Positions 50,107 to 60,155 of a DNA stretch of 64,000 nucleotides are shown one piece after another. The translations under genes were made by a program, and so were the position numbers. The number at the start of each line of letters is the position of its first letter. Position 1 is the stretch's first letter. Below the pieces are notes generated by a model. It was given only the letters and a program-made list of their open reading frames with translations. It was not told the origin of the DNA and did no database searches. The stretch comes from an uncultured Lachnoclostridium sp. (GTDB taxonomy: Bacteria > Bacillota > Clostridia > Lachnospirales > Lachnospiraceae). The stretch spans positions 17,576-81,575 of the forward strand of contig CAJMFH010000001.1 in NCBI GenBank assembly GCA_905212635.1. Reading direction: 5' to 3'.

Positions 50107-51003
50107 ATGACATTAAAACATTTCATTAACGAAGTAGCACAGGCACTTCAGCAACATCTGGGGGAGCATTACATTGTAAATACTGCTACGACATTAAAAA
50201 ATAATTCAATTGAATTATCCGGCGTGCAGATACGGCATGAAAAAGATACGGTTTTCCCGACAATCTATCTCAATGATTTTTACAATTTATATCAAGACAG
50301 CAAAATTTCGATGGATGAAATCGTTACCAAAGTCGCAGCAGGATTTCATCAAAGTATAAGATCCATCCAAAAACTGCCTCCATTAAACACCACTCTGTTT
50401 GAAAACTGCAAAGACAAAATTGTATACCGGCTTATTTCTCAAAAGCAAAATAAAGAACTATTGAAAACAATGCCTTACATCCCTTTCATGGATCTTGCCA
50501 TTACCTTTCATGTGATCGTATCGATGGAGCCGCCATCGCTTCATTCCTTAAAGATTACCAATGAACTACAGGAAGAATGGGGGCTCACAACTCAGGCGCT
50601 GTTCCAGCTTGCCTCTGAAAATACTCCACATTTGATGCCGCCAAAAATTGTGAATATTCAGGATATGCTTATGCAAAATCTCCCGTTAAAAGGTCCGGAA
50701 TTTGATTTGACAAATACGGAAAAAACCGATATGATAGTAATCACGAATACACTTGGTGTAAATGGAGCCGCCGTGATCTTATATCCGGATATGCTGGCTT
50801 CCCTGGCAAATGAGTACAATACGGATTTTTATGTGATTCCAAGCAGTATCCATGAGGTGATCTTAGTATCCGCAGAAGATGATTCCAAACTGGAAGAATA
50901 CAGATTCCTTGTGCGTGATGTCAACGAACAGTTCGTTGATCCGGAAGAAATATTATCCGATCAGGTTTATTATTATCAACATGACCTGAAAAAAATGAAA
51001 TAA
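50107..51003 (+). CDS. DUF5688-like protein
   Basis: KNN, PTIYL, NGAA.ILY, IPSSIHEVI, LSD.VYYY motifs, recalled from this family. Promoter TTGCAG-N17-TAGAAT at 50046-50074. Confidence 0.75.
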   Translation: MTLKHFINEVAQALQQHLGEHYIVNTATTLKNNSIELSGVQIRHEKDTVFPTIYLNDFYNLYQDSKISMDEIVTKVAAGFHQSIRSIQKLPPLNTTLFENCKDKIVYRLISQKQNKELLKTMPYIPFMDLAITFHVIVSMEPPSLHSLKITNELQEEWGLTTQALFQLASENTPHLMPPKIVNIQDMLMQNLPLKGPEFDLTNTEKTDMIVITNTLGVNGAAVILYPDMLASLANEYNTDFYVIPSSIHEVILVSAEDDSKLEEYRFLVRDVNEQFVDPEEILSDQVYYYQHDLKKMK

Positions 51004-51008
51004 AAAAA

Positions 51009-51081
51009 TGCACCTGGAGGGATTCGAACCCCCGACCAACGGCTTCGGAAGCCGGTACTCTATCCACTGAGCCACAGATGC
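51009..51081 (-). tRNA. tRNA-Arg (anticodon CCG)
   Basis: Cloverleaf GCATCTG..GCTC/GAGT..CCGGC-TTCCGAA-GCCGT..GGGGG-TTCGAAT-CCCTC-CAGGTGC-A. CCA not encoded. Confidence 0.95.
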
Positions 51082-51149
51082 ATCAATTGTTATTATATAC
51101 GACTTTGCTAAAAAAGTAAAGAACAAAATTGAAAAGAGGTTATTTTTCT

Positions 51150-52028
51150 ATGGATAAAATAGTACGGGGCATTGCAGGCGATGGACAGATCCGTTGTTTT
51201 GCAATAGAATCTACCCAGCTTGTTGAAGAGGCAAGACAACATCATAATATAAGTCCGGTTGTTACTGCCGCTTTAGGACGTTTATTGTCCGGAGCCGCTA
51301 TGATGGGAGCCATGATGAAAGGGGATTCCGATCTTTTAACTTTAAAAATAGACTGTTCCGGTCCGGTCAAAGGATTAACCGTAACTGCGGATGCCAAGGG
51401 CAATGTAAAGGGATTTCCTGTTGTTCCGCAAGTTTCTCTTCCTGCAAGTCCTGCCGGAAAACTGGATGTCGGACGAGCTATTGATCTCGGAGTACTGACC
51501 GTGATTCGTGACACCGGCTTAAAAGAACCTTATAGCGGAACCATTAATCTTGTATCCGGCGAGATTGCAGAAGATCTGACCTATTATTTTGCGGCTTCTG
51601 AACAAATACCATCTTCTGTAGCTCTCGGGGTGTTAATGAATAAAAATAACACCGTCAGGAAAAGTGGTGGATATATCATCCAGCTGATGCCGGATGCTTC
51701 TGAAGAAATTATTGATACTCTGGAAAAACGGTTAAAAACGATGGAACCCGTTACGTCCCTTTTGTCAAACGGCCACACTCCGGAATCTATGCTGAACCGG
51801 ATTCTGGATGGATTAAATCCGGAACTGATGGATGAAATGCCTGCACAGTTTTACTGTAACTGCTCAAAAGAACGGATTTCGAAAGCATTGATTGCTCTGG
51901 GAACAAAAGAACTGGATGACATAATTCAGGACGGAGAACCGATTGAAGTAAACTGTCATTTTTGTAATACAAACTATAAATTTGACCTTGAAGATCTGGA
52001 ACAATTAAAAAAAGTGGGAAAGCGATAG
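51150..52028 (+). CDS. hslO: Hsp33 redox chaperone
   Basis: SGEIAED, SEQIPS motifs and Zn motif CNC..CHFC. Confidence 0.95.
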   Translation: MDKIVRGIAGDGQIRCFAIESTQLVEEARQHHNISPVVTAALGRLLSGAAMMGAMMKGDSDLLTLKIDCSGPVKGLTVTADAKGNVKGFPVVPQVSLPASPAGKLDVGRAIDLGVLTVIRDTGLKEPYSGTINLVSGEIAEDLTYYFAASEQIPSSVALGVLMNKNNTVRKSGGYIIQLMPDASEEIIDTLEKRLKTMEPVTSLLSNGHTPESMLNRILDGLNPELMDEMPAQFYCNCSKERISKALIALGTKELDDIIQDGEPIEVNCHFCNTNYKFDLEDLEQLKKVGKR

Positions 52029-52076
52029 ACAAATCTGTCGAAAATTGATATAATTATAGAAGCGAGGTTGAATATT

Positions 52077-52826
52077 ATGAAATTAAAATATAAAAAATTA
52101 ATCATTATTATTACTGTAGGCGCATTATTACTTGGATTCTTTATTCTGACTCTGATTCCTACCGGTGGAAATTCCTCCAATCCGGTGGAAGATGCTGAGT
52201 TAGTCAAATGTACCAATGAAGATATCAACAATCTGATAACCAGTTATTATCAGGCAAAACGTGATGTAAATCTGGAAGCACTGGAGCCTTTGGTTAGTGA
52301 CATTAATCAGATTGATCAGGAAAAATTGATCGCGCAGGCTGAATATGTAGAAGATTATCAAAATATCACCTGTTATCTTCTTGAAAATGAAGACAATGGT
52401 GCCTATCGTGTATATGTGCGTTTTGATATGAAACTGAAAAATATCAATACACTTGCGCCTTGTCTTAGTGCTCTTTATGTCACGATGGGATCGGATGGCA
52501 AAAACGTCATCTATCTCAGTGCCTTAGACAAAAATGAAGAAGATTTTATACTTGCCGCCGATAAGAATTCTCATCTTGCCGATATGCAAAAAGAAGTCAA
52601 TGACAAACTACAGGAAGCCATCAATGCGGATGAAGCATTTCGACAGTTATACCAGACGATGGATCAGGCAATCGGAAGCATTCCTTCCACACCGGAACCA
52701 CAGGCAGATGCTGCCGAACCAACGGCGGATCCAAACGCGGTTTCAACAACAGATCCGAATGCCGCACCCACCGCGGATCCGAACGCAGCTCCAACGGCTG
52801 ACCCAAATGCAGCACCTGCTCAGTAA
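52077..52826 (+). CDS. Membrane-anchored hypothetical protein with C-terminal 8-aa repeats
   Basis: N-terminal TM helix, a globular-looking middle and a PTADPNAA-type tail. Confidence 0.75.
   Translation: MKLKYKKLIIIITVGALLLGFFILTLIPTGGNSSNPVEDAELVKCTNEDINNLITSYYQAKRDVNLEALEPLVSDINQIDQEKLIAQAEYVEDYQNITCYLLENEDNGAYRVYVRFDMKLKNINTLAPCLSALYVTMGSDGKNVIYLSALDKNEEDFILAADKNSHLADMQKEVNDKLQEAINADEAFRQLYQTMDQAIGSIPSTPEPQADAAEPTADPNAVSTTDPNAAPTADPNAAPTADPNAAPAQ
52719..52814 (+). repeat. 4 x 24-nt coding repeat (PTADPNAV STTDPNAA PTADPNAA PTADPNAA)
   Basis: Read directly from the sequence and translation. Confidence 0.9.
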
Positions 52827-52859
52827 GCAGCCAATTTCATTTAGAAAGAAAGATAATTT

Positions 52860-53582
52860 ATGGATGAACAATTACGTATCAATAAATATTTAAGTTCTAT
52901 TGGTTACTGTTCCCGCCGGGAAGCTGACCGACTATTAGAGCAGGGAAAAATCCTGGTAGATGGTCGTACTGCGCTTGTCGGGGAACGCATTACCAAAGAA
53001 CAACACATTACGGTAAATGGAATCCCGGTCGGAGAAAAGCCAAGAGAAATCGTGATTGCTTTTAATAAACCTCAGGGAATTGTCTGTACCAGCAGTGCAA
53101 AAGAAAAAAATAATATTGTTGATTATTTACATTTTCCAACACGTATTTATCCGGTAGGAAGACTTGATAAGGATTCCACCGGATTGATTTTACTGACCAA
53201 TGACGGAGATTTAACAGATCGTATCCTTCGCGGAAAAAATAATCATGAAAAAGAATACCTTGTCACAGTCCAAAAACCTCTGCGTCCCGAAATCATACAC
53301 GCTATGGAACAGGGCGTTCCTATTTTGGATACGATGACCAGACCATGTCAGATTGTTGCGATTGATTCTCATACATTTCGAATCATTTTGACACAGGGAT
53401 TAAATCGTCAGATCCGTCGTATGTGTGAATATTTTGGTTACAAAGTTACCACACTAAAAAGAGTCCGTGTGATGAATATTCATCTGGGCGAACTAAAAGA
53501 AGGAACCTGGCGCGAGATCACAGGGGACGAATTAATGGAATTAAAAAACGCATTGAAAGGACAGAAATTCTACAATGAATGA
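52860..53582 (+). CDS. 23S rRNA pseudouridine synthase (RluF/RluB family)
   Basis: S4 domain SRREAD, GRLDKDSTGL, QGLNRQIRRM motifs. Confidence 0.93.
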   Translation: MDEQLRINKYLSSIGYCSRREADRLLEQGKILVDGRTALVGERITKEQHITVNGIPVGEKPREIVIAFNKPQGIVCTSSAKEKNNIVDYLHFPTRIYPVGRLDKDSTGLILLTNDGDLTDRILRGKNNHEKEYLVTVQKPLRPEIIHAMEQGVPILDTMTRPCQIVAIDSHTFRIILTQGLNRQIRRMCEYFGYKVTTLKRVRVMNIHLGELKEGTWREITGDELMELKNALKGQKFYNE

Positions 53583-55530
53583 GATGGAACGTATGCGGGA
53601 TTTAGTTGCCCGGTTAAATGAAGCAGCTAAAGTTTATTATCAGGGTGAAGATGAGATCATGTCAAATTTTGAATACGATGCTTTATATGACGAACTGGTC
53701 TCTCTGGAAGAAAAAACAGGAGTGGTTCTATCAGGAAGTCCCACCGTTCAAGTAGGATACGAGACATTGAGCGAGCTGCCAAAAGAAGCACATATTGCGC
53801 CGATGCTTTCCCTTGGAAAAACAAAGGAACGGGAAGAACTGGTACAATGGCTTGATTCACGTGAAGGATTATTATCCTTAAAGTTAGATGGTTTAAGTGT
53901 AATCCTGACGTATCAGAACGGCACCTTAACCAAAGCCTTAACGCGCCGAAATGGTGAAATCGGTGAAGTTATTACCAATAATGCCAAAACCTTCAAAAAT
54001 ATCCCCGCTAAAATTCCATATCCCGGAACACTGGTTCTCCGTGGGGAAGCACTGATCCGATATTCAGACTTTAAAATATTAAATGAATCTTTTTCTGACA
54101 TTCAGGAAAAGTATAAAAATCCACGAAATTTATGCAGCGGAACCGTTCGACAACTGAATAATGAGATTACTGCCAAACGAAATGTTCATTACTATGTTTA
54201 TAACCTCATTCAAAGTGATCCGGAAATTTCATTTACTCATAAAGAAGAGGAGTTGAACTGGCTTGATGAACAAGGATTTGATATTGTGCCTTACAAAAAG
54301 GTAACCGAAGCGGATCTTATTTCTGCCATTGACGAATTCTCCGAAATGATCACAAACGGCTGCGACTTGCCTAGTGACGGACTTGTTCTCACCTATGATG
54401 ATATTTTATATAGTCAGTCATTGGGAAGAACCGCTAAATTTCCAAGAGATTCTATTGCCTTTAAATGGCAGGATGAATTGGCAGAGACAACTTTAATGGA
54501 TATTGAGTGGAGTGCCTCTCGCACGGGACTCATTAACCCGGTTGCTATTTTTGAACCTGTAGAATTGGAGGGAACTACCGTAAGCCGCGCCAGTGTTCAT
54601 AATGTCAGCATCCTGAAAGAATTGCAGCTGGGAATCGGTGACCGAATCACTGTATATAAAGCAAATATGATCATCCCGCAGATTCAGGAAAACCTGACAA
54701 AGAGTAATGCTTTGTCAATTCCTTTCGAATGTCCGGTATGTCATCAAAAAACAGAACTTATCAATGAAAATGGTTCGGAATTTTTATTTTGTCCGAATCC
54801 CAAATGTTATGCGAAAAAAATCAAATCTTTTACACACTTTGTAAGCCGCGATGCCTTAAATATAGATGGATTTTCAGAAGCAACATTGGAAAAATTTATT
54901 CTTAACGGCTGGCTGCAAAAGTTAACAGACATTTTTTTCCTGTCACAGTACAAAGAGGAAATTCAAAGTTTGGATGGTTTTGGAGAAAAGTCTTATACCA
55001 ATCTGATCCAGGCAATTGAAGCGTCCAAAAACGTTCCTTTAGAGCGCGTTATCTACAGCTTGGGGATCAAAGGAATCGGCTTAAGTATGGCAAAACTGAT
55101 CTGTCGTAAATACCCGCTTCCTCTTACCGAGTATAACGATTTATCCGTTGACAATCTACTCTCTATCGACGGTATCGGCGATAAATTAGCAGAGTCCTTC
55201 GTGGAATATTTTGCGGATTCTGAAAATCAGGATCTTTTACACAAATTAAGTGAGATCCTTACCATAATCTTTCCTGAAAAGATTGTATCAAATGCGTCCT
55301 TTGAGGGCAAAACATTTGTTATTACAGGAAGTCTTGCTCATTTTGCAAACCGAAATGAATGTAAGGAAAAAATTGAATCTCTTGGTGGGAAAGTAAGTTC
55401 TTCCGTAAGTAAAAATACTGCCTATTTGGTTAATAATGATATTACATCAAGTTCTTCTAAAAATAAAAAAGCAAAAGAATTAGGTGTTCCTATTATTACG
55501 GAGAATGAATTGCTTGAAATGATTCAATAA
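53575..55530 (+). CDS. ligA: NAD-dependent DNA ligase
   Basis: KLDG, NPRN, DGLV, AFK, Zn finger CPVC..CPNPKC, BRCT domain. Confidence 0.96.
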   Translation: MNEMERMRDLVARLNEAAKVYYQGEDEIMSNFEYDALYDELVSLEEKTGVVLSGSPTVQVGYETLSELPKEAHIAPMLSLGKTKEREELVQWLDSREGLLSLKLDGLSVILTYQNGTLTKALTRRNGEIGEVITNNAKTFKNIPAKIPYPGTLVLRGEALIRYSDFKILNESFSDIQEKYKNPRNLCSGTVRQLNNEITAKRNVHYYVYNLIQSDPEISFTHKEEELNWLDEQGFDIVPYKKVTEADLISAIDEFSEMITNGCDLPSDGLVLTYDDILYSQSLGRTAKFPRDSIAFKWQDELAETTLMDIEWSASRTGLINPVAIFEPVELEGTTVSRASVHNVSILKELQLGIGDRITVYKANMIIPQIQENLTKSNALSIPFECPVCHQKTELINENGSEFLFCPNPKCYAKKIKSFTHFVSRDALNIDGFSEATLEKFILNGWLQKLTDIFFLSQYKEEIQSLDGFGEKSYTNLIQAIEASKNVPLERVIYSLGIKGIGLSMAKLICRKYPLPLTEYNDLSVDNLLSIDGIGDKLAESFVEYFADSENQDLLHKLSEILTIIFPEKIVSNASFEGKTFVITGSLAHFANRNECKEKIESLGGKVSSSVSKNTAYLVNNDITSSSSKNKKAKELGVPIITENELLEMIQ

Positions 55531-57014
55531 AAATCTTGTTTCTGAATCATTTTACTTTGACATAGAATCATAATGGGAATCAAAATAAACGTTCCCATTA
55601 TGATGATAAAACATAGTCTGGAAGGGATATAATGCCGTATTTCATTGAGGATAAACAGTTTTTTTCCAATGTAACAAGAGCCTATAAATAGTAGTGCAGG
55701 ACAAATGAGCCATTTGCCTAAATCAATCCTGGTATACTGCCTTTTTACAAGATAACAGCCATCAAGAATGCTTATGAGAATCTGGCTGACAAGCATTCCC
55801 AGCAAATACCCATATATTCCAAAATACGGAGTTGCGACAATCAAAAACGTAATCCTTAACACCAGCCCAATTACCGTATTCCGAAACGTTATTGAACTTT
55901 TTGACAGACCATTTATAATACTTGCCAGTGTTGTAGACACATAAACAAACGGACAGATCATGGAAAGAAGAGACAGTAATTTCCCGGAACGGGGATTTTG
56001 AAAAAACAATGTACCTATTTGCGGTCCGAAACAGATAAAAACTGCCATGGCAATGCAGCCAAGCAGAAGAGAGTACTTAATCGTTATCTGGGTCGTCCGC
56101 ATTATTTTATTATTATCCTTTTCATAATAGGCTTTGGATACTTCCGGAAGAAGCAGTACCGACAATGAGTTTGTTATTGTCCCGGGAAACAAAATAAACG
56201 GCAGTACGATACCGGTTGTGATTCCATATAAGGCGAATGAATCCGTTCGGTTCAATCCCGAAAATTGCAGCATAATAGGAATTAAAACAGCCTCCGAAGC
56301 GGATAGTACAGAGATGGTAAGCCGCGTGGCGCTCAGCGGAACTGCCTGACTCAACAGTTTTTTTATCAGTTCCCCATAACCTGATTTTGTTTTTTCTTTT
56401 TTCCTTGCAAATTCCTTTCGGATATTCCAAAGATTGTATAAATTAGATGCCAGTTCTCCAATGATCAAACCTAAAACTGCTATTTCACAAGAAATTTGTC
56501 TGTGAAAGCAAAAGAAGATGGCAACAACAAATCCTACTCTGAAAATTTGTTCAATAATCTGAGTAATAGATGGTACTTTCGCATGACGCTTTCCATAAAA
56601 ATATCCATTTATAATACTGGTAATTCCGCAAAAAGGAAAAATAACGGAAAGAATTCTTAATAACGGAGCGGTTTCTCTGGCAAATAATAAATGAATGCTT
56701 ATCCAATCAGAAAAAGTAAACAAAAGAACAGACAATGTCACGGAACAACAAAGCGAACAGATAATTCCGCCTTTCAACACACGCTTCGGATCTTTTAAAT
56801 GTGGATCCGCAACCAATTGAGAAACCGCAGTTTGCAGACCAGAAGCATAGAGTGTAAAACATATTCCATAAACTGGAAATATCATTTGATAAATTCCCAG
56901 TTTTGTATCTCCCAGCAGATTCGCAAGAAATATGCGATATAAAAATCCAATAACCCTTGTTACCACTCCGGCAATCGTCAGAATGATCGTACCTTTCAGC
57001 ATTTTATTTTTCAT
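55524..57014 (-). CDS. SpoVB/MurJ-family (MOP) flippase
   Basis: GTIILT..TRVIGFLYRI, SQIIEQ, about 14 TM helices. ATG at 57014 after AAGGAG. Confidence 0.88.
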   Translation of the reverse strand: MKNKMLKGTIILTIAGVVTRVIGFLYRIFLANLLGDTKLGIYQMIFPVYGICFTLYASGLQTAVSQLVADPHLKDPKRVLKGGIICSLCCSVTLSVLLFTFSDWISIHLLFARETAPLLRILSVIFPFCGITSIINGYFYGKRHAKVPSITQIIEQIFRVGFVVAIFFCFHRQISCEIAVLGLIIGELASNLYNLWNIRKEFARKKEKTKSGYGELIKKLLSQAVPLSATRLTISVLSASEAVLIPIMLQFSGLNRTDSFALYGITTGIVLPFILFPGTITNSLSVLLLPEVSKAYYEKDNNKIMRTTQITIKYSLLLGCIAMAVFICFGPQIGTLFFQNPRSGKLLSLLSMICPFVYVSTTLASIINGLSKSSITFRNTVIGLVLRITFLIVATPYFGIYGYLLGMLVSQILISILDGCYLVKRQYTRIDLGKWLICPALLFIGSCYIGKKLFILNEIRHYIPSRLCFIIIMGTFILIPIMILCQSKMIQKQDFY

Positions 57015-57067
57015 ATTCTGCTCCTTACTCATTTCCAATCATTTACTTACATAATTTTCTGTATAAA

Positions 57068-57097
57068 ATGTATATGATTGTAAAATATTTTATATGA
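57068..57097 (-). promoter_or_regulatory. Sigma-E-like (mother cell) promoter for the spoVB-like gene
   Basis: TCATATA-N14-CATATACAT on the - strand. Confidence 0.5.
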
Positions 57098-57192
57098 AAT
57101 TTTTTTAGATATTGTATTTTACCCTATTTTGTTGTATTATAGTTATAACTGTATGTGTACGAAACCAATTCATATAAAGGGGACGATAGCAA

Positions 57193-60027
57193 ATGTCAAA
57201 ACGAAATAAAATTTCCCTTGGGACTCCGACCGAGGAACTGCCCGAATGGACACTTTCTCTGGACTTTACCGAGTCTCAGGATACGATAAAAGAGGAGAAG
57301 AAACAACCTGAACGTACGGTCTCATCTGAGAGTACTTTTTCAAATCCGGCACCTCAACCTGTACAATCATCAGGTTCTGGTCTTAGTTCTGGACTTAGCG
57401 GTGGTTTGAATACAGAATTCGTAATCGGAAACGATAATGCCGTATCCGGAGATGATTCTTTTTCCCAGCCGCTTCCATCCCAAAATAATTCTGCCAGCGA
57501 AAATGTATTGGATTTTGGAGCAGATGCTTTACCGCCCCAAAACGCAGAAAGCATTACAACACTTGATTTTTCAGATGATACAGAGAAAGCAGACAGCATC
57601 ACGACCATCGAACAGCCTGTTGTTGCTCCTGTTCCGGAACCTCAACCGGAACCTGTTGTCGAAGCAGTTGCTGAGCCTATTCCAGAGTCTCAACCGGAAC
57701 CTGTCCTTGAGGCAGTTACTGAACCTCCTCCGGAAACTCAACCGGAACCTGTCGTTGAGGCTGTTGTTGAGCCTGTTCCAGAGCCTCAACCAGAACCTCA
57801 CGTTGAAACGGTTGCTGAACCTGTAGATGTTGACAGCCAATTATCCAATATGGCAAATTCCATTGTTTCAGAAGAGAACGAAGAACAATTGTTATCTGCG
57901 GCAGCCGATTTGATTAAAAATGAACAAAATTCAGAACAAACGGAAGATATTGAAATTATTGATGAAATGGATCATTCAACGCCGGAAAATAATGATGACG
58001 TTCTGGCTTTGTTAAAACAATTAGATGTATCTGAAAATATAGAGAGAATGCAGACCGCAACTCAAGAAGATATCGCTGATGTTATTGAGCAGACTGAAGC
58101 TGAACATGAACTTGAAGCTGCTGTTCCCGTAGAAGAAAGTATTTCCGTCTCTGACCTTCAGCCGGCAGTTGAAGAGCCGGTTCAGCAGGATACTCCGGTT
58201 ACCGAAGAGGTTCCTATGGAGAGTCTTGATTCCCTTATGCCGGAGGAACCAATGGAAAACAAAGAAGAACCGGTCATGGAAATTACCAATGACATGTTCG
58301 ATATGGGCTATGATTTAGAAGATGAGCCTCAATATTCTGAGGAAAATATTGATTTAAGTGCATTTCAGGGAAGCATAAAAGATGCAGAAGAAATTAACAA
58401 GCCTGCATCCGATGCTTTGGATCTGGATGCAGCAGAGGCAGGATCCGCTTCGAGTCTGGATATGTCCAATTTAGTTGCTGCCGCCATGAATACTCTGACA
58501 CATCATAGAGAAGAAAATGAGTTCCTGGCTAAAGACGAAACACCTGCAATAGAACAGGAAGCGGCAATTGACATTGCTTCTGATGAAACTGCGCCAGAAG
58601 CAATCCAGCCGGATCCTTCCAAACTTGAGAAAGCTACTCTGGACTTTAGTGAAAATGATGACGAATCTCCAGAAGCAAATTTGGATTTTGGTGAAGAAGA
58701 AGACGAGACATTATCTAATTTGGATTTTGTAGTAGAAGAGGAACCGGAAGATACCAATTTGGACTTTAATTCCGACTTTGACTTTGATCCGGATGCCAAT
58801 TTAGATTTTACGGAAGAAGAGGAAGAAAATCCAGAATTTAATTTGGATTACAAAGAGGATGAGGATCCATTTGCAGAAGCAGCCTCGGAACCGGAAATAA
58901 CAACCGAAACCTCTTTCGAGCCGGAAACAGAACCGGTACCACAGCCGGAATCCAAGCCGGAACCGGAAACTCAACTTGAACCCGACTTGAAATTCGAGTC
59001 AGATCTTGAGCCGGATCTGAAATTTGAGTCAGAAACAGAACCAGATCTGAAGTTTGAATATGAACTTGAACCGGAATTAAAAGAGAAATCCGAATCGGAG
59101 GCAGAACCTCCATTGGAATTCCAATCGGAACCGCAATTAGAACCAGACATAGCAGATTACCAATTCGAAGCAGAACCAGAACCTGCTTTGGATTTTGAAG
59201 CAGATCTGGATGCAGATCGTGCGATTGAAAACCTGATTCCTCCAATGGATGATACATTATCCCATCAATTAGACGAGGTAATGACCGAGTCACAGGGGAG
59301 TATAGCTGCTCCTTCTGTTGATGAGACAACTGTAGAAAGCCCGTTGAATTCTACCGAAACAACGGAAGAAAATGCCGAAACACAGAATGCTCCGGTTTCT
59401 CCTGACACAGAGCTGGAAACACCGGAACCGGCGCAGGAAGAAGTTCCATTTACACTTCACTTTGAACCTGTTAATCCGGATCAAGGCAGTTCCTTTGCCG
59501 AAGAAATGAATGATTTTGATGATGTTTCATCCCTGATCATTGAGGATTATAACGAAGTTCCAACGGTTTCCAGTCTGGAAAAAGACCTGAAAAAACAGGA
59601 AAAAGAGAAGAAGAAAAACCGCAAAAAGAATGCAAAGAAGAAAAAAGACGAAGGATTTTCACTTTCTCTGGATGAAATGGGTGAAAAACAAGCCGGTGAT
59701 GCGGAAGAAGAAGAAAAGGAGAAATTCAAATATTCTTCCAGTATGCCGATCCGTTCCACTAATATGCCGAAAGTTTCGAAACCAAAAGAAGAACCGGCGA
59801 AAACGGAGACAAGAGAACCTGCTTCCCAGCCTGCATCCACTTCAGGTTCAACCGAAGATGTTACCAAAATTCAGGCAGTCACTCCTGAAATGCTTGCAGA
59901 AGAACGAAAAGAAGTGGAACATCTTGGCGACGTTCATACGCATCACGAAGAGAAAATATATGCAGAAAAGAATATTTACGATAACGGTACATTCCAGCGT
60001 GAATACTATCAATTGTATTATCAATAA
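57193..60027 (+). CDS. 944-aa highly acidic low-complexity protein with several repeat blocks
   Basis: Long ORF with AAGGGG RBS, promoter TTGTAT-N17-TATTAT (57112-57140) and its own terminator. No signal peptide or TM helix visible. Confidence 0.8.
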   Translation: MSKRNKISLGTPTEELPEWTLSLDFTESQDTIKEEKKQPERTVSSESTFSNPAPQPVQSSGSGLSSGLSGGLNTEFVIGNDNAVSGDDSFSQPLPSQNNSASENVLDFGADALPPQNAESITTLDFSDDTEKADSITTIEQPVVAPVPEPQPEPVVEAVAEPIPESQPEPVLEAVTEPPPETQPEPVVEAVVEPVPEPQPEPHVETVAEPVDVDSQLSNMANSIVSEENEEQLLSAAADLIKNEQNSEQTEDIEIIDEMDHSTPENNDDVLALLKQLDVSENIERMQTATQEDIADVIEQTEAEHELEAAVPVEESISVSDLQPAVEEPVQQDTPVTEEVPMESLDSLMPEEPMENKEEPVMEITNDMFDMGYDLEDEPQYSEENIDLSAFQGSIKDAEEINKPASDALDLDAAEAGSASSLDMSNLVAAAMNTLTHHREENEFLAKDETPAIEQEAAIDIASDETAPEAIQPDPSKLEKATLDFSENDDESPEANLDFGEEEDETLSNLDFVVEEEPEDTNLDFNSDFDFDPDANLDFTEEEEENPEFNLDYKEDEDPFAEAASEPEITTETSFEPETEPVPQPESKPEPETQLEPDLKFESDLEPDLKFESETEPDLKFEYELEPELKEKSESEAEPPLEFQSEPQLEPDIADYQFEAEPEPALDFEADLDADRAIENLIPPMDDTLSHQLDEVMTESQGSIAAPSVDETTVESPLNSTETTEENAETQNAPVSPDTELETPEPAQEEVPFTLHFEPVNPDQGSSFAEEMNDFDDVSSLIIEDYNEVPTVSSLEKDLKKQEKEKKKNRKKNAKKKKDEGFSLSLDEMGEKQAGDAEEEEKEKFKYSSSMPIRSTNMPKVSKPKEEPAKTETREPASQPASTSGSTEDVTKIQAVTPEMLAEERKEVEHLGDVHTHHEEKIYAEKNIYDNGTFQREYYQLYYQ
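57628..57819 (+). repeat. 4 x 48-nt coding repeat (PVPEPQPEPVVEAVAE-type)
   Basis: Read directly from the sequence and translation. Confidence 0.88.
58639..58851 (+). repeat. Six (N/T)LD(F/Y) motifs spaced 13-14 aa apart
   Basis: Motif starts at 58639, 58681, 58720, 58759, 58801 and 58843. Confidence 0.8.
58975..59094 (+). repeat. 4 x 30-nt coding repeat (LEPDLKFESD-type)
   Basis: Read directly from the sequence and translation. Confidence 0.82.
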
Positions 60028-60082
60028 ACCGATTCTACACAATTCTAATATTCTCTGCATATTATAAGGATAGCAGAACCAT

Positions 60083-60122
60083 AATATCCCATGTATAGCA
60101 ATCTATATATGGGATATTTTTT
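60083..60122 (+). terminator. Intrinsic terminator
   Basis: AATATCCCATGTATAG-caat-CTATATATGGGATATT followed by TTTT. Confidence 0.82.
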
Positions 60123-60155
60123 AGCCAAATTTTATATTTTTTTTGAGAAATGTTA

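Noticed and set aside
51004..51081. Prophage or ICE integrated at tRNA-Arg
   Set aside because: No integrase and no duplicated tRNA 3' end were seen in the window.
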